Shown in pieces: positions 1 to 8,932 of a stretch of 64,000 bases of DNA. The DNA lies in assembly GCA_964575255.1 (NCBI GenBank), contig CAZNPZ010000007.1, forward strand, positions 21,939-85,938, read 5' to 3'. The notes beneath the pieces are model-generated. The model did not search any database and had not been told where the DNA came from. It saw only the letters and a list, made by a program, of their open reading frames with translations. Positions within the stretch are counted from its first letter, which is position 1; each line of letters starts with the position of its first letter. The position numbers and the translations under genes were made by a program. The DNA is from an uncultured Oscillospiraceae bacterium (GTDB lineage: Bacteria > Bacillota > Clostridia > Christensenellales > Aristaeellaceae).

Positions 1-129
1 GATGCGCACGCCGTTGGTCGCCGCTTTATAGATCTTGCCCGAATCGGCCAGGGCGCTAAAAGGCGCGAACGTCATCGATGCGATCAGCATCAGGCAAAGA
101 ACCCAAAGCGCGCTTCTTCGGACTATCAT
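1..129 (-). CDS. N-terminal fragment of a secreted protein (runs off the left window edge)
   Basis: Minus-strand ATG at 129 preceded by GGAGGAGAGGG. Translation MIVRRSALWVLCLMLIASMTFAPFSALADSGKIYKAATNGVRI looks like a signal peptide. Only 43 codons are visible. Confidence 0.5.
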   Translation of the reverse strand, partial: MIVRRSALWVLCLMLIASMTFAPFSALADSGKIYKAATNGVRI

Positions 130-245
130 GCGATCCCTCTCCTCCCCAGCGTTCGTAAAAGTCCCCCACTTCGCTTTATTGTAGCACAGACAAATCGGGT
201 ATGTGCATCCATAGCGTTACAAAATTGTTACGTGCCAATCATATT

Positions 246-1409
246 TTAATGGGGATCCTGGGGGTCTTTCGGCTTCCGACCAATGGTGCCGCCCGTCACC
301 TCGCTCGCGCCGCGCGCGAGCCTGCGCTTCATGCTGCCAAAGGTGCCCGTAGCTGCCAATGCGTAGATCACGCCGGCCACAATGAGGCCTCCGATTAACC
401 ATAAGACGCCCTTCCCGGCAGATTTGTTCCCCTGTTGTACATTTTCTTCCGCTTTCGCCGTGCCGCCGAACAGCACTTTATCCAGTACGTTCGCCATATA
501 CTCGGTGGACTTGATCGCGCGTTCCTTTTGCATCGTGTGTGTGCCAAACTCAAGCAGAACCGACTGTGGATAGATCTCCTGATTATAGTTCCCTTTGCCA
601 ATAAAGATGTCCTTGATGAAGCCGGGATACAACTGATCGGCTGTGGATTTGATCTCCTTGGCGAAGTTACGGTTGGCGTCGGCGTTGGGGTTGGACCGGC
701 CCACCAACAGGCGCACCTTGGAGGCGTCCTCGCCGTCGATCTTCTTGTCATACTCCTTCGAGTCGGGGATGCCGTCCCGGTGAATGTCGATCAGCGCCTC
801 CGGTTGCTTTTTCAAAAGTTCCTCTGCGGTCTGGCGCGACCGCCGGTACGCGCCCCCGTCATGGGGCAGGTGGCTGGTCTTGTCGTAGACGACCTCGACG
901 CCCAGCTTCTCAAGATTCTGTTTCAGCGCGTCGCCAACGTCCAGAATGCCCGCGTCCTTCGTCTTGGAAGATGTGCCGTCGGTCGGTTCGTAGGACTCGT
1001 CGGTGTGGGTCGAGTACATGGCGACGAGCTTCTTGCCGCCGCCCGACGCGCTGGGCGAAGCCTGCGCCGCCGCGGTCGCGCCCGGCGAAGCGGACGGCGC
1101 GTTGGTTGCCGCCGCCGCGCCTGAGAACACCGACTGGGTCTCCACACGCGCGTCGACGGTCTCAACGCCCAGATAGCTGGCGGTAGCGGTCAGCGCCGCG
1201 TCGTCCACGTTGGTCATGATGTAGAGCTTGTTGTCCTCCGCGATATACTCGTCGTCCACATAGACACGCCCCGCGTAGGAGGTCAGGTACGCGCCATTCC
1301 CGTCATAGATGCGGTAGACAACGTCGTCCTGGTATTCGTATTCCTCCGCCCGCGCGCAGACAGGCATCAGCATGAGCATCAGTAAAATAATTGCGGTCAG
1401 CCGCTTCAT
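246..1409 (-). CDS. spoIIP: Stage II sporulation protein P (SpoIIP family)
   Basis: Track ORF 246..1787 trimmed to the internal ATG at 1409 (MKRLTAIILLMLMLMPVCARA signal anchor). The upstream extension is Arg/Gly-rich and overlaps the next gene. The body carries YSTHTDESYEP and IDIHRDG motifs typical of SpoIIP. 4-nt overlap with the upstream gene. Confidence 0.85.
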   Translation of the reverse strand: MKRLTAIILLMLMLMPVCARAEEYEYQDDVVYRIYDGNGAYLTSYAGRVYVDDEYIAEDNKLYIMTNVDDAALTATASYLGVETVDARVETQSVFSGAAAATNAPSASPGATAAAQASPSASGGGKKLVAMYSTHTDESYEPTDGTSSKTKDAGILDVGDALKQNLEKLGVEVVYDKTSHLPHDGGAYRRSRQTAEELLKKQPEALIDIHRDGIPDSKEYDKKIDGEDASKVRLLVGRSNPNADANRNFAKEIKSTADQLYPGFIKDIFIGKGNYNQEIYPQSVLLEFGTHTMQKERAIKSTEYMANVLDKVLFGGTAKAEENVQQGNKSAGKGVLWLIGGLIVAGVIYALAATGTFGSMKRRLARGASEVTGGTIGRKPKDPQDPH

Positions 1410-2035
1410 TTGCCCTTCTCCTCCCCCGTGTGCGCGCCGCGCATGACGCGTTCGATGAGTTCGCCGAACAACTCTGCCAGAAGCACCGCCAACACGCCCG
1501 CGATAACCACCGCGTCGAACGCGCCCGCGCCGCCCAGAATCAGCGTCTGGTCGATGCCCTGACTCCAGTTGATCACCGCCTGCGCGGTATCCGCCAGCAT
1601 CACGCCCAGCACGCCCGCGATGAAAGACGCCCGCCGAGACCGGCCGAATACGTAGGCCACGACCGCCGCGGCGATGCCGTACAGGTAGTTGGGATCGATC
1701 TGCGTCTGCTCTGGATCTGCGGGCAGCATGCGGCCTAAAAGGAACACCGCGACGCCCGCCAGCGCCGCCGCGATCAGAGAACGCCACTTCTCCCAGGCGG
1801 TTTCCGCTTTCGCGATCAGGTAGACCGCGAGCCCCAGCGGGATCAGCGCGCCGCCGATGTTGAACGCGAACAGCGGCGTCACCTGAATGTCGGGAATGAT
1901 GCCGCCCACGATGATCAGCGCGACGAACAGCATTGCCTGCTTGTCGGTCAGCCGGAGCCTATCCAGCGCGCGCTGACCGACGCCAAACATCACCAGAATC
2001 CCAACCACGATCAGCAATATAAAACCAAAGGACAT
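1406..2035 (-). CDS. DUF1614-like polytopic membrane protein
   Basis: 209-aa ORF, very hydrophobic (MSFGFILLIVVGILVMFGVG...), stop overlaps the spoIIP start. Family call is from overall resemblance only. Confidence 0.7.
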   Translation of the reverse strand: MSFGFILLIVVGILVMFGVGQRALDRLRLTDKQAMLFVALIIVGGIIPDIQVTPLFAFNIGGALIPLGLAVYLIAKAETAWEKWRSLIAAALAGVAVFLLGRMLPADPEQTQIDPNYLYGIAAAVVAYVFGRSRRASFIAGVLGVMLADTAQAVINWSQGIDQTLILGGAGAFDAVVIAGVLAVLLAELFGELIERVMRGAHTGEEKGK

Positions 2036-2240
2036 ACCATCACCTCTCGCGTGACAGTATGTCCATTATTGGCGTTGAAAATCCAAGCGTTGAAAACCCC
2101 TTCGGTCACGAGATTCCAAACCCTGAGAGAGCGTCAGAGGGCCGGTGCCCTTTCGACCTGAATCAAATCCGGCGACCTGCGCGGCTTTGGCTTGCCCTCA
2201 AAGGCCGAGCTTGCCCGGCCGACAGGGAAAGCATTCCCGA

Positions 2241-2284
2241 CCGGTTTCCGCACGTAAATCCCCGGAGGGATTTGCGGAAACCGG
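2241..2284. other. Interrupted 18-bp GC-rich hairpin in a 310-bp intergenic region
   Basis: CCGGTTTCCGC(2241-2251) pairs with GCGGAAACCGG(2274-2284). Inner AAATCCC(2256-2262) pairs with GGGATTT(2267-2273). 4-nt loop and 4-nt bulge. Confidence 0.6.
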
Positions 2285-2292
2285 CTACGTTC

Positions 2293-2329
2293 CCAAAACA
2301 AACGAAAGCCGCACAGCGGATTTCGTTTG
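2293..2329 (-). terminator. Rho-independent terminator of the ABC/surface-protein operon
   Basis: Hairpin 2299-2329 (CAAACGAAAgCCGC aca GCGGaTTTCGTTTG), followed on the minus strand by a TTTTG run. Lies 24 nt after the permease stop. Confidence 0.65.
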
Positions 2330-2352
2330 CCCGCAATGAAAGATGATTGCCG

Positions 2353-3765
2353 TTAGTCTGCGCTTCTGATCGCCGCCAGCGACGAAAGCCTGGTCGCCCG
2401 CTGCGCCGGGTAAAAGCCCGAACCGATCGCGATCAGCACCACGAACAAATAGGTTCCGAAGGCGAGCGTGGGCGGGATGATCGAAACCGTCGCGCCTTCC
2501 TCGGCGAACATGCCGCCCGACTGCATGACGCTACTGGCCAACTGCTGCAGCCAGTCGACGGTATTGAGCGCGTAGCTTAACGAGTAACTGACCGCCAGCC
2601 CCAACGCCCCGCCGAACACGCCGATGTAGGCGGCTTCGCTCAAAAACATCACGCGGATGTTGCCCAGCTTGCAGCCCAAGACCTTCATCACGCCGATCTC
2701 GCGGGTGCGTTCGTAGATGGACATCATCATGGTGTTCGCGATCGATAGCGCCGCGACCAGCAGCGAAATCGCGCCGATAAAGCCCAGGAACGCCTGCATG
2801 GTCTGAATCTGCTGACGCATGGTCTTGACGACTTCCATCATGCTCCAGTACTGCACGCCCAGATCCATCAGGCCCTTGACCACGCTGTCCACCGAATCCA
2901 CCGTGTCGACCAGTACGTAGACGGTGTCGTATTTGTCCATGCTGTCCACGCCCATGTCCTTGAAAAGCTGCTTGTTTTCCTTATACAGCTTTTTCAGCCA
3001 GTTGAGGTTGACCACCGCGCCGTAGCTGTAGGTCATGTCGTTGATGTCGGCGGGCAGGATGCCGACCAGACGCGCTTTGTAATCCTTGGTCTTGATGACC
3101 GGCTCGTCGCTGACGTTGGCGGAATCCTCCTGGGTGTCCTCCCAGCTCATGGTCATCTTGTAGCTCTGGTTCAGCCAGTCCAGCTTGGGGAGCGGCAGCG
3201 GCTTCCCTTCGGACAAAAGCGTGTACACGTCCACGTACTCGTCGGGCTTTGCCGGGTCCTGAAAGTCCAGCATGCTCATCTCCGACATGATGAATTCCAT
3301 CGTACCGGACGTGGACGAAAAATAGCGCCCGCTCTTGAGCTTGGTGATTTTCGCGAAATCCTGCGGGTACACGCCCATCAGCGCGGCGGGGTATTCCCGC
3401 TTGCCCGTCTTCAGTGTAAAAGAGACGCCCGAATACAGGTTCACGACCGGCGTGACCGCGCTGACGCCCTTGATGGAACGAATCTGGCGGACGACGCTGT
3501 CGTTGATCGTGGTAATGCGTTTGCCGGTGGCGGACTGGGTGGCGGAAGCGTCCGAAAACCCGTAGTTTGGGTACACCTGAATCAACCGGAGGTTCGTGGC
3601 CGCTTCCATTGCCGCCATCTGTGTCTTCTCCGCGCCGTAGCCAAGCGAAATGGTCACGACAATGGCCGCCGTGCCGATGACCACGCCCAGCATCGTCAGG
3701 ATGCTGCGGAGCTTGCGCCGGCGGAGGTTGCTCAGCGCGGCGGACAGGATGTCAGTCCATCTCAT
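2353..3765 (-). CDS. ABC transporter permease, FtsX/MacB-type
   Basis: 470-aa ORF. N-terminus MRWTDILSAALSNLRRRKLRSILTMLGVVIGTAAIV is typical of MacB-like permeases. Large extracytoplasmic loop and C-terminal FtsX-like TM bundle. Start overlaps the upstream gene by 14 nt. Confidence 0.9.
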   Translation of the reverse strand: MRWTDILSAALSNLRRRKLRSILTMLGVVIGTAAIVVTISLGYGAEKTQMAAMEAATNLRLIQVYPNYGFSDASATQSATGKRITTINDSVVRQIRSIKGVSAVTPVVNLYSGVSFTLKTGKREYPAALMGVYPQDFAKITKLKSGRYFSSTSGTMEFIMSEMSMLDFQDPAKPDEYVDVYTLLSEGKPLPLPKLDWLNQSYKMTMSWEDTQEDSANVSDEPVIKTKDYKARLVGILPADINDMTYSYGAVVNLNWLKKLYKENKQLFKDMGVDSMDKYDTVYVLVDTVDSVDSVVKGLMDLGVQYWSMMEVVKTMRQQIQTMQAFLGFIGAISLLVAALSIANTMMMSIYERTREIGVMKVLGCKLGNIRVMFLSEAAYIGVFGGALGLAVSYSLSYALNTVDWLQQLASSVMQSGGMFAEEGATVSIIPPTLAFGTYLFVVLIAIGSGFYPAQRATRLSSLAAIRSAD

Positions 3766-6700
3766 CGTCTTCGAACATCCTCCTGCGGCGGCGGCGCGCG
3801 GACATCGCGATGGCGAGAACCACGATCAGGAGGATCAGCCCCACCGCCGCGTACAGCCACAACGGCAGGTACTGCATGATCTGGGCGGCGGACGGCGCTT
3901 CGGGCGCGGGGGTCTCCGCGGCGTAGTCGTACTGGCTTTCGTCGTAGCCAAAGTCCTCCAGCGCGTTGACGTTGAGCGTGAAGGGACGCGTCTCTGTGAA
4001 AACCTCGCCCGCCGCGTTTTCATACGTGACCTGTACGTTCGCGTTGTACTGCCCGGCTTCGATCGGCGTGACTTCCAGTTCCGCGGTCTTCGACGTGCCC
4101 GGATCCATGTTGCCGCCGAAGAACGTCTGGCCGGGCGACAGGTTGGGGTTGTCGGAGACCACCTTCGCGGTCACGTTGTAGAGGATCGTCCTTCCGAGGT
4201 TGAAAATGCCCAGCGACACCTGCGCACTGTCGCCCGCCGCGGGCGCGGAGGTGGGCAGTTGCAGCGTGTCCAACTGGATGCGCTGAACCTGCGCGACCTT
4301 GACCATGACGGACTGCGTCGCGGTCAGCGCGGTCATCTTCTTGTCCTCGTATTCCATCGAGAGGTCGACCTTGACGTCTTCCTTGGCCAGTTCCGGGCTG
4401 GACTTGACCGGCAGCCTCTGCTCGAAGGACTCGCCCTTGTCAATCTTCGCGATGTAGACGCTGTTGGAGCCCGCCGTGGGCACCAACGCGTCCTCTTCGG
4501 AAGTGTAGGTCATCTCGACGTTCTGCACGTAATAATTCAGCGAGGTATTCTTGAGAGACAGAACGATGTCGAAGTTCTCGCCCGCCTTGGGGCTGAGCGG
4601 GTCGGTGGTGATCGCCTCCACCACCAGCTTTGCCTGCGGTTTTTCCTTGCCGGTGGTGGCGCCGCCGCCGGCGTAGCTGCTGCCGCCGGAGGAGGTGGAC
4701 GCGCCGGTCACCCGAATCTGAGTGGTAAACTCGATACTGCTGAACACTTCATCCGGTTGTCCCTGCATCTGCCAGAACAATCTGCCGGTCAGCGGGTAAT
4801 AGCCGTTGGTGGCGGAGGATTTGACGGAGATGTTGTCAAACACCGCGAAACCATTGCTCTTGCCGTCCTTAACCACATAGTAGGCGGAAAGGCTGGAGGC
4901 GGTCACTGGGTCGTCGCTGTCAAAGTCGTCCAGTATGATCCACATGTTCTTGACGCCCAGCGCAGAGAACTGCGTATGATCGAAATCGGAAGGCGACTCC
5001 TTGCCGGTGTACTTCTCGGCGCGCTTGCCGTTACTAAGCATATCGCTAAAGATCGCGACACTGCCAAGCGTATAGGAAACTGGCAGCGCGATGGTCATCT
5101 TATCTTTGGGTTTGCCGGTTGCGAACGAACGCGGGCAGACGGCAAGTTTGGCGGTTACGTCGTACTGGGCGGTGGCGGTTATAAAGATTGTACTGCCGTC
5201 CGTCGTTGCCGTTTCCTTCCACCCGGTAAACTTGTATCCCAGAGAGTCATGGGAGTTGGCAGCCGCTTCTGCCGCAACTTTATCCGTGCCATACTCCTTG
5301 TTGTCAAATTGATCCTTATAGTTGACTTCTTTCGAGCCGGGAAGCGCGGTGTATTGTGCTTTAATAGAGATGTTATAGGTTACTGCTGTGAGTTCCTGAT
5401 CCCAGCCGGAGAATACGCACCAGTCATCGTTGATCTTTTTAATCGGGCTCTTGTTTACCACGTAATTACCCGGCGCGGACGGCGTATAGCCGGACTGCAC
5501 GGTCGTCGTCGCGATCGTGCTGCCGTCGTAATCGGTGAACGTGACGGTGTAACTCGTTGTGTCTTGCGTATCTTTGGCCGTGAAATTGGTCGCGCCCTTC
5601 GACGTGATGCCGAAATCATCGGATTCTTCAGTTGCCGTGGTCGCATCCGGTGTGGCCGTTGCTTCGGGTGTGGTCGCATCCGGTGTCGCAGCGGCTTCTG
5701 GCGTGGTGACCGCTTCCGTTGCCCCAGCGGCTTCTGGTACGGCGGTCACTTCCGGCGCGGCGGTCGCGGCGCCCATCGTCACGACTTCCGGCGCCGGGGA
5801 GGCTTCCGGCGTGGCGATGGCTTCCGGCGTCGCGGTGGCTTCCGGCGTCGCGGCGGCTCCTGGCATCGCGGCGACTTCCGGCGTCGCGGCGGCTCCCGGC
5901 GTCGCGGCGACTTCCGGTGTCGAAGAGGTTCCCGGCGTCGACTCCGGGCTGAGAATCTGAACCACCGGTTCGGAACCGGGCTTTGCCTGATTGGCAACCA
6001 GAATGTCCGAATCATCGGGCGCAATGGCGTCGCCCTGCTGCGCGGTCTGCTCCGAGGAAGCCGCGCCGTCCTGATCCTGCACCTCGGCCTTGCCGCCGAT
6101 CTTCAGATTGATTTCAAAGGGAACCTTGTTGTCCAGCTTTGTGCCCCTGAGACGCCAGACGATGGTTCCTTTCAGCGCGTACGTGCCGCTCTTGGCGTCG
6201 GCTTTCGCCTTGACATCCCCAAACGCCGCGAAGCCGCGGTTGACCGGCTGGCCGTTCTCGACGCCGTATTTCTTCTTGCTGTCCTTGACCGACTTCAAGA
6301 TATAGGAACTGCGCGCGTCCCTGTCCCCTTTGAGCGGGGTTCCGGAGAGGTCGAGGTCGACCCGGATCCACTCGATCCCCTGCTTCGCGAGCGCGGTCTG
6401 GTCGTAGTCCGCGATCGCCCGCTTCGCGTCGTACCCCGCCTTCTTCCCGTCCGCAAGGGTGTTGGAGGCGGCCTCCTCGCCGGTCAGCGCGTTTTTGAAC
6501 GCGACGGGCAGCATCAGCTTCAGCGTGCCGCCCGGTGCGGCCTGTGCGGTATCAAATTCGCCCAGTACCATCTGATGGTTTGACACATACCGCGCGTCCA
6601 CGCTGGTGTTTTTTTTGATCGCGGAAAAATCCCGGCTCCATCCAGCGAACTGGAAGCCCAGATCGGAATGGTAAGGCGCTTCGGGCGCGGCTGCGGCTTC

Positions 6701-6928
6701 CCCGGCGTTGACGCGCTGCGTCTCGCCGATCTGTTTTCCGGTGACCTGATCGACAAATTTCACTTTGTACTGCTTGACTTTTTGATTCGCTTTGGGCGTT
6801 TCCACGGGCGCCTGGCTCTCGACGGGCGCTAAGGTTTCGCCCTCTGCAAGCGCGGAAAACGCGGGCGCAAGCAGCGTCAGCGTCATGAAAACGGCCAAAA
6901 TCAACGAGGATACACGTCGGCTCCGCAT
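3752..6928 (-). CDS. Large membrane-anchored cell-surface protein (B-repeat-like modules, TPE-rich linker, Ig-like C-terminal domains)
   Basis: 1058-aa ORF with a signal peptide (LAPAFSALAEG). Three Y-x-V-x-F...G(Y/F)xFxGW modules resembling Listeria-Bacteroides (Flg_new) repeats. ATPE-type linker. C-terminal beta-rich region resembling COG1361/CARDB-like domains. Terminal TM helix followed by RRRRRR. Confidence 0.85.
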   Translation of the reverse strand: MRSRRVSSLILAVFMTLTLLAPAFSALAEGETLAPVESQAPVETPKANQKVKQYKVKFVDQVTGKQIGETQRVNAGEAAAAPEAPYHSDLGFQFAGWSRDFSAIKKNTSVDARYVSNHQMVLGEFDTAQAAPGGTLKLMLPVAFKNALTGEEAASNTLADGKKAGYDAKRAIADYDQTALAKQGIEWIRVDLDLSGTPLKGDRDARSSYILKSVKDSKKKYGVENGQPVNRGFAAFGDVKAKADAKSGTYALKGTIVWRLRGTKLDNKVPFEINLKIGGKAEVQDQDGAASSEQTAQQGDAIAPDDSDILVANQAKPGSEPVVQILSPESTPGTSSTPEVAATPGAAATPEVAAMPGAAATPEATATPEAIATPEASPAPEVVTMGAATAAPEVTAVPEAAGATEAVTTPEAAATPDATTPEATATPDATTATEESDDFGITSKGATNFTAKDTQDTTSYTVTFTDYDGSTIATTTVQSGYTPSAPGNYVVNKSPIKKINDDWCVFSGWDQELTAVTYNISIKAQYTALPGSKEVNYKDQFDNKEYGTDKVAAEAAANSHDSLGYKFTGWKETATTDGSTIFITATAQYDVTAKLAVCPRSFATGKPKDKMTIALPVSYTLGSVAIFSDMLSNGKRAEKYTGKESPSDFDHTQFSALGVKNMWIILDDFDSDDPVTASSLSAYYVVKDGKSNGFAVFDNISVKSSATNGYYPLTGRLFWQMQGQPDEVFSSIEFTTQIRVTGASTSSGGSSYAGGGATTGKEKPQAKLVVEAITTDPLSPKAGENFDIVLSLKNTSLNYYVQNVEMTYTSEEDALVPTAGSNSVYIAKIDKGESFEQRLPVKSSPELAKEDVKVDLSMEYEDKKMTALTATQSVMVKVAQVQRIQLDTLQLPTSAPAAGDSAQVSLGIFNLGRTILYNVTAKVVSDNPNLSPGQTFFGGNMDPGTSKTAELEVTPIEAGQYNANVQVTYENAAGEVFTETRPFTLNVNALEDFGYDESQYDYAAETPAPEAPSAAQIMQYLPLWLYAAVGLILLIVVLAIAMSARRRRRRMFEDDEMD
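5635..5945 (-). repeat. Degenerate in-frame 18-nt tandem repeats encoding the (A/T)TPE(A/V)A linker
   Basis: Runs such as gcttccggcgtcgcggcg / acttccggcgtcgcggcg / gctcccggcgtcgcggcg are read directly. They translate to ATPEVAATPGAAATPEVAAMPGAAATPEATATPEA. Confidence 0.7.
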
Positions 6929-6956
6929 GGGTTGTCCTCCTTTGTGCGCCGGGCGG

Positions 6957-7751
6957 TTACGCGTTCTCGGCCCGGCTTTCGCCTTCCGGCAGTTCGACGA
7001 CGGTGCCGTCCGGCAGCGTCTGTACCAGCGCGATTTCCCTGGGGTGCTCCTGAACCGAGTTGTCGATCACATGCCCGTCCAGGAGGCGAATCACCCGGTC
7101 CGCGTACTGCGCGATCTCGGCGTCATGGGTGACCATGATCAGGGTCGTGCCCCGCTCGCGGCAGACCGCGCGGATCAGCCTTAGGATCTCCCGCGAGGTC
7201 TTGAGGTCGAGGTTGCCGGTGGGCTCGTCCGCGAACAGGATTTTCGGTTTTGTGACCAGCGAGCGCGCGATGCCCACGCGCTGCTGTTGGCCGCCCGACA
7301 TCTGGGTGGGCATATGCTGGACGTGGGACGAAAGGCCCACGAGTTCCATCATCTTGCGCGCCTGCCGGAGCCGCATGTCTTTGGGCATGCCCTTGTACAT
7401 CAGCGGCATCGCCACGTTGTCGAGCGCCGTGTGGGTGGCGAAGAGGTTAAACTGCTGGAACACGAAGCCCACGTTGTCCAGCCGGAACTGAACGAGTTTG
7501 GCCTCGCTCAAGCGCTCGATCTGTTTTCCCGCGACGCGGATCTGCCCCTTGGTGGGTCGTTCAAGCCCGGCGATCATGTTGAGCAGCGTCGATTTTCCCG
7601 AACCGGAGCGCCCGACGATGCACGCGAATTCGCCCGGGTAGATGTCGAGCGACACGTCGTCCAGCGCGCGCAGTCTGGTCGCGCCGATGGTGTACACCTT
7701 GGAGACGGCATTCAGGCTGATGATGGGCTGAATCTGTCTTTCCTCAGGCAA
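6957..7751 (-). CDS. ABC transporter ATP-binding protein (MacB/LolD-type)
   Basis: Walker [13 protein letters not shown], signature MSGGQQQRV and Walker B ILFADEPT are present. The track ORF extends to 7787 (TTG). A TTG at 7751 preceded by GGGAAGGGG is preferred, but the start is uncertain. Confidence 0.9.
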   Translation of the reverse strand: MPEERQIQPIISLNAVSKVYTIGATRLRALDDVSLDIYPGEFACIVGRSGSGKSTLLNMIAGLERPTKGQIRVAGKQIERLSEAKLVQFRLDNVGFVFQQFNLFATHTALDNVAMPLMYKGMPKDMRLRQARKMMELVGLSSHVQHMPTQMSGGQQQRVGIARSLVTKPKILFADEPTGNLDLKTSREILRLIRAVCRERGTTLIMVTHDAEIAQYADRVIRLLDGHVIDNSVQEHPREIALVQTLPDGTVVELPEGESRAENA

Positions 7752-7931
7752 CTCTGAAGGCCCCTTCCCTTTCACGCCGCACGCCAAGAGACAAAGGCGT
7801 ACGACCTATTGTAGCATACATCGGGTTTGTTTACAATTCAGGGGGTTAGACTTGCGCGATTGACAAAATGTTGCAGCCGCGCATTTTTGGATGAATTCGC
7901 GGCACAATAGAAAACCGAAGGAGTTGAAAGC

Positions 7932-8072
7932 ATGTCCATGATCGAATGCGGCCACTGCAGGCGTACCGGTGACGCGCGAACGATGGCCGAGTGCGCGCGC
8001 TGCGGCGCGATGATCTGCGAAAACTGCCAGAAGAGCGGCGAGGACTGCGAATCCAACCTCGAAATCCCTTGA
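7932..8072 (+). CDS. Small zinc-ribbon-like protein (46 aa)
   Basis: Below the ORF-track cutoff, found by reading the sequence. GGAG lies 8 nt upstream of the ATG. Translation MSMIECGHCRRTGDARTMAECARCGAMICENCQKSGEDCESNLEIP has three CxxC pairs. A hairpin follows. Confidence 0.5.
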   Translation: MSMIECGHCRRTGDARTMAECARCGAMICENCQKSGEDCESNLEIP

Positions 8073-8090
8073 ACGGAACCCGCCTGAACG

Positions 8091-8128
8091 CCGTCCCTGC
8101 CCGATGCCGGGCAAGGGCGGCAGTTTTA
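8091..8128 (+). terminator. Putative terminator after the small zinc-ribbon ORF
   Basis: Bulged GC-rich stem (CCGTCCCTGCCC / GGGCAAGGGCGG) followed by CAGTTTTATT. Confidence 0.5.
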
Positions 8129-8932
8129 TTGTTCGAGAAGCGTTATCAGCCAGAATTCCGGCGGGCAGTTGATTCTGAGCGGAATTTTACTGGAGCCGAG
8201 ACCCGCCGTCACTACGACCGTCGCGTTTTGCTCGCGCACGACGCCCCGCGCGGTAAAGAACGGCTGACCGCGGCGCACGCCGTCGAAATGAAAGTCGTAG
8301 GGCGTTTTCCCGAACAGCCGCGCCTGCCCGCCGTGGGTGTGCCCGCACAGGATCAGGTCGGGCAGAATCGCACCCCGGAGCAGCCCGGCAAGCGGCGCGG
8401 GCGAGTGGGATAGAAGGATCGCCGCCTCCCGCGCTCCGCGCGGCCAAGCCAGGATCGAGGGGTCGGGCGCGCCGTAGTAATCCTCGTCGAGGCCCATAAG
8501 GGTCAGCGCGCCGCCGGACAGGGGAAGCGTAGACCGCTCGTTGACCAAAAGGCGAACGCCCGCGCGCTCCGCCATGCTTCGCATCGGCGCAAGCGACGTT
8601 CCAAACACACGCCGATCATTGTTGCCCACCGCCGCCGCCATGCCAAGCCGTGGCTTCAGGCTGCCGATCTTTTCAAAAAAGGCCTCCACGCGGGCGCGGT
8701 TCTCCGCGAAGTCGCCGCCCCACAGGATCAGGTCGGGCGCGAACTCACCGATCTGGCCGATCAACCGATCCACCGCCGCTTCCGGAAACGTGAACCCCGC
8801 GTGCACATCGCTTGCGAACAGGACGCGCGCGCCGTTCAGGCCGTCTGGCAGGTTTTTGATCGCAAGGCTCAGTTGCTCGACCCTCGCGCCGCCATCCGGC
8901 AGACCCCGGACCCATAACCGTCCCGGCTTCAC
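8126..8932 (-). CDS. Metallophosphoesterase (calcineurin-like)
   Basis: 268-aa ORF with SDVHAG, GGDFAE, GNND and CGHTHGGQ motifs. Confidence 0.85.
   Translation of the reverse strand: MKPGRLWVRGLPDGGARVEQLSLAIKNLPDGLNGARVLFASDVHAGFTFPEAAVDRLIGQIGEFAPDLILWGGDFAENRARVEAFFEKIGSLKPRLGMAAAVGNNDRRVFGTSLAPMRSMAERAGVRLLVNERSTLPLSGGALTLMGLDEDYYGAPDPSILAWPRGAREAAILLSHSPAPLAGLLRGAILPDLILCGHTHGGQARLFGKTPYDFHFDGVRRGQPFFTARGVVREQNATVVVTAGLGSSKIPLRINCPPEFWLITLLEQ

Noticed and set aside
1410-1787. N-terminal 126-codon extension of the SpoIIP ORF. Similar extensions occur on the ORFs ending at 9762, 13013, 18081, 44469, 45881, 47082, 52135 and 63493.
   Set aside because: The extensions are Arg/Gly/Pro-rich and overlap the neighbouring upstream gene. 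Each contains an internal ATG/GTG/TTG with a GGAGG-type RBS that yields a normal signal peptide or family-typical N-terminus.
5635-5945. Short tandem repeats that could be mistaken for a CRISPR-like or minisatellite array (also 30287..30469)
   Set aside because: The periods are 18 and 63 nt (multiples of 3), with no unique spacers. Both lie inside long ORFs and translate to low-complexity linkers, so they are coding repeats and not CRISPR.
3650-6583. 977-aa plus-strand ORF, the longest on that strand
   Set aside because: It is entirely antisense to the well-supported 1058-aa surface-protein gene. Its composition is dominated by Arg/Gly/Val/His runs typical of shadow frames in GC-rich DNA. 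It has no RBS and no recognisable domain.
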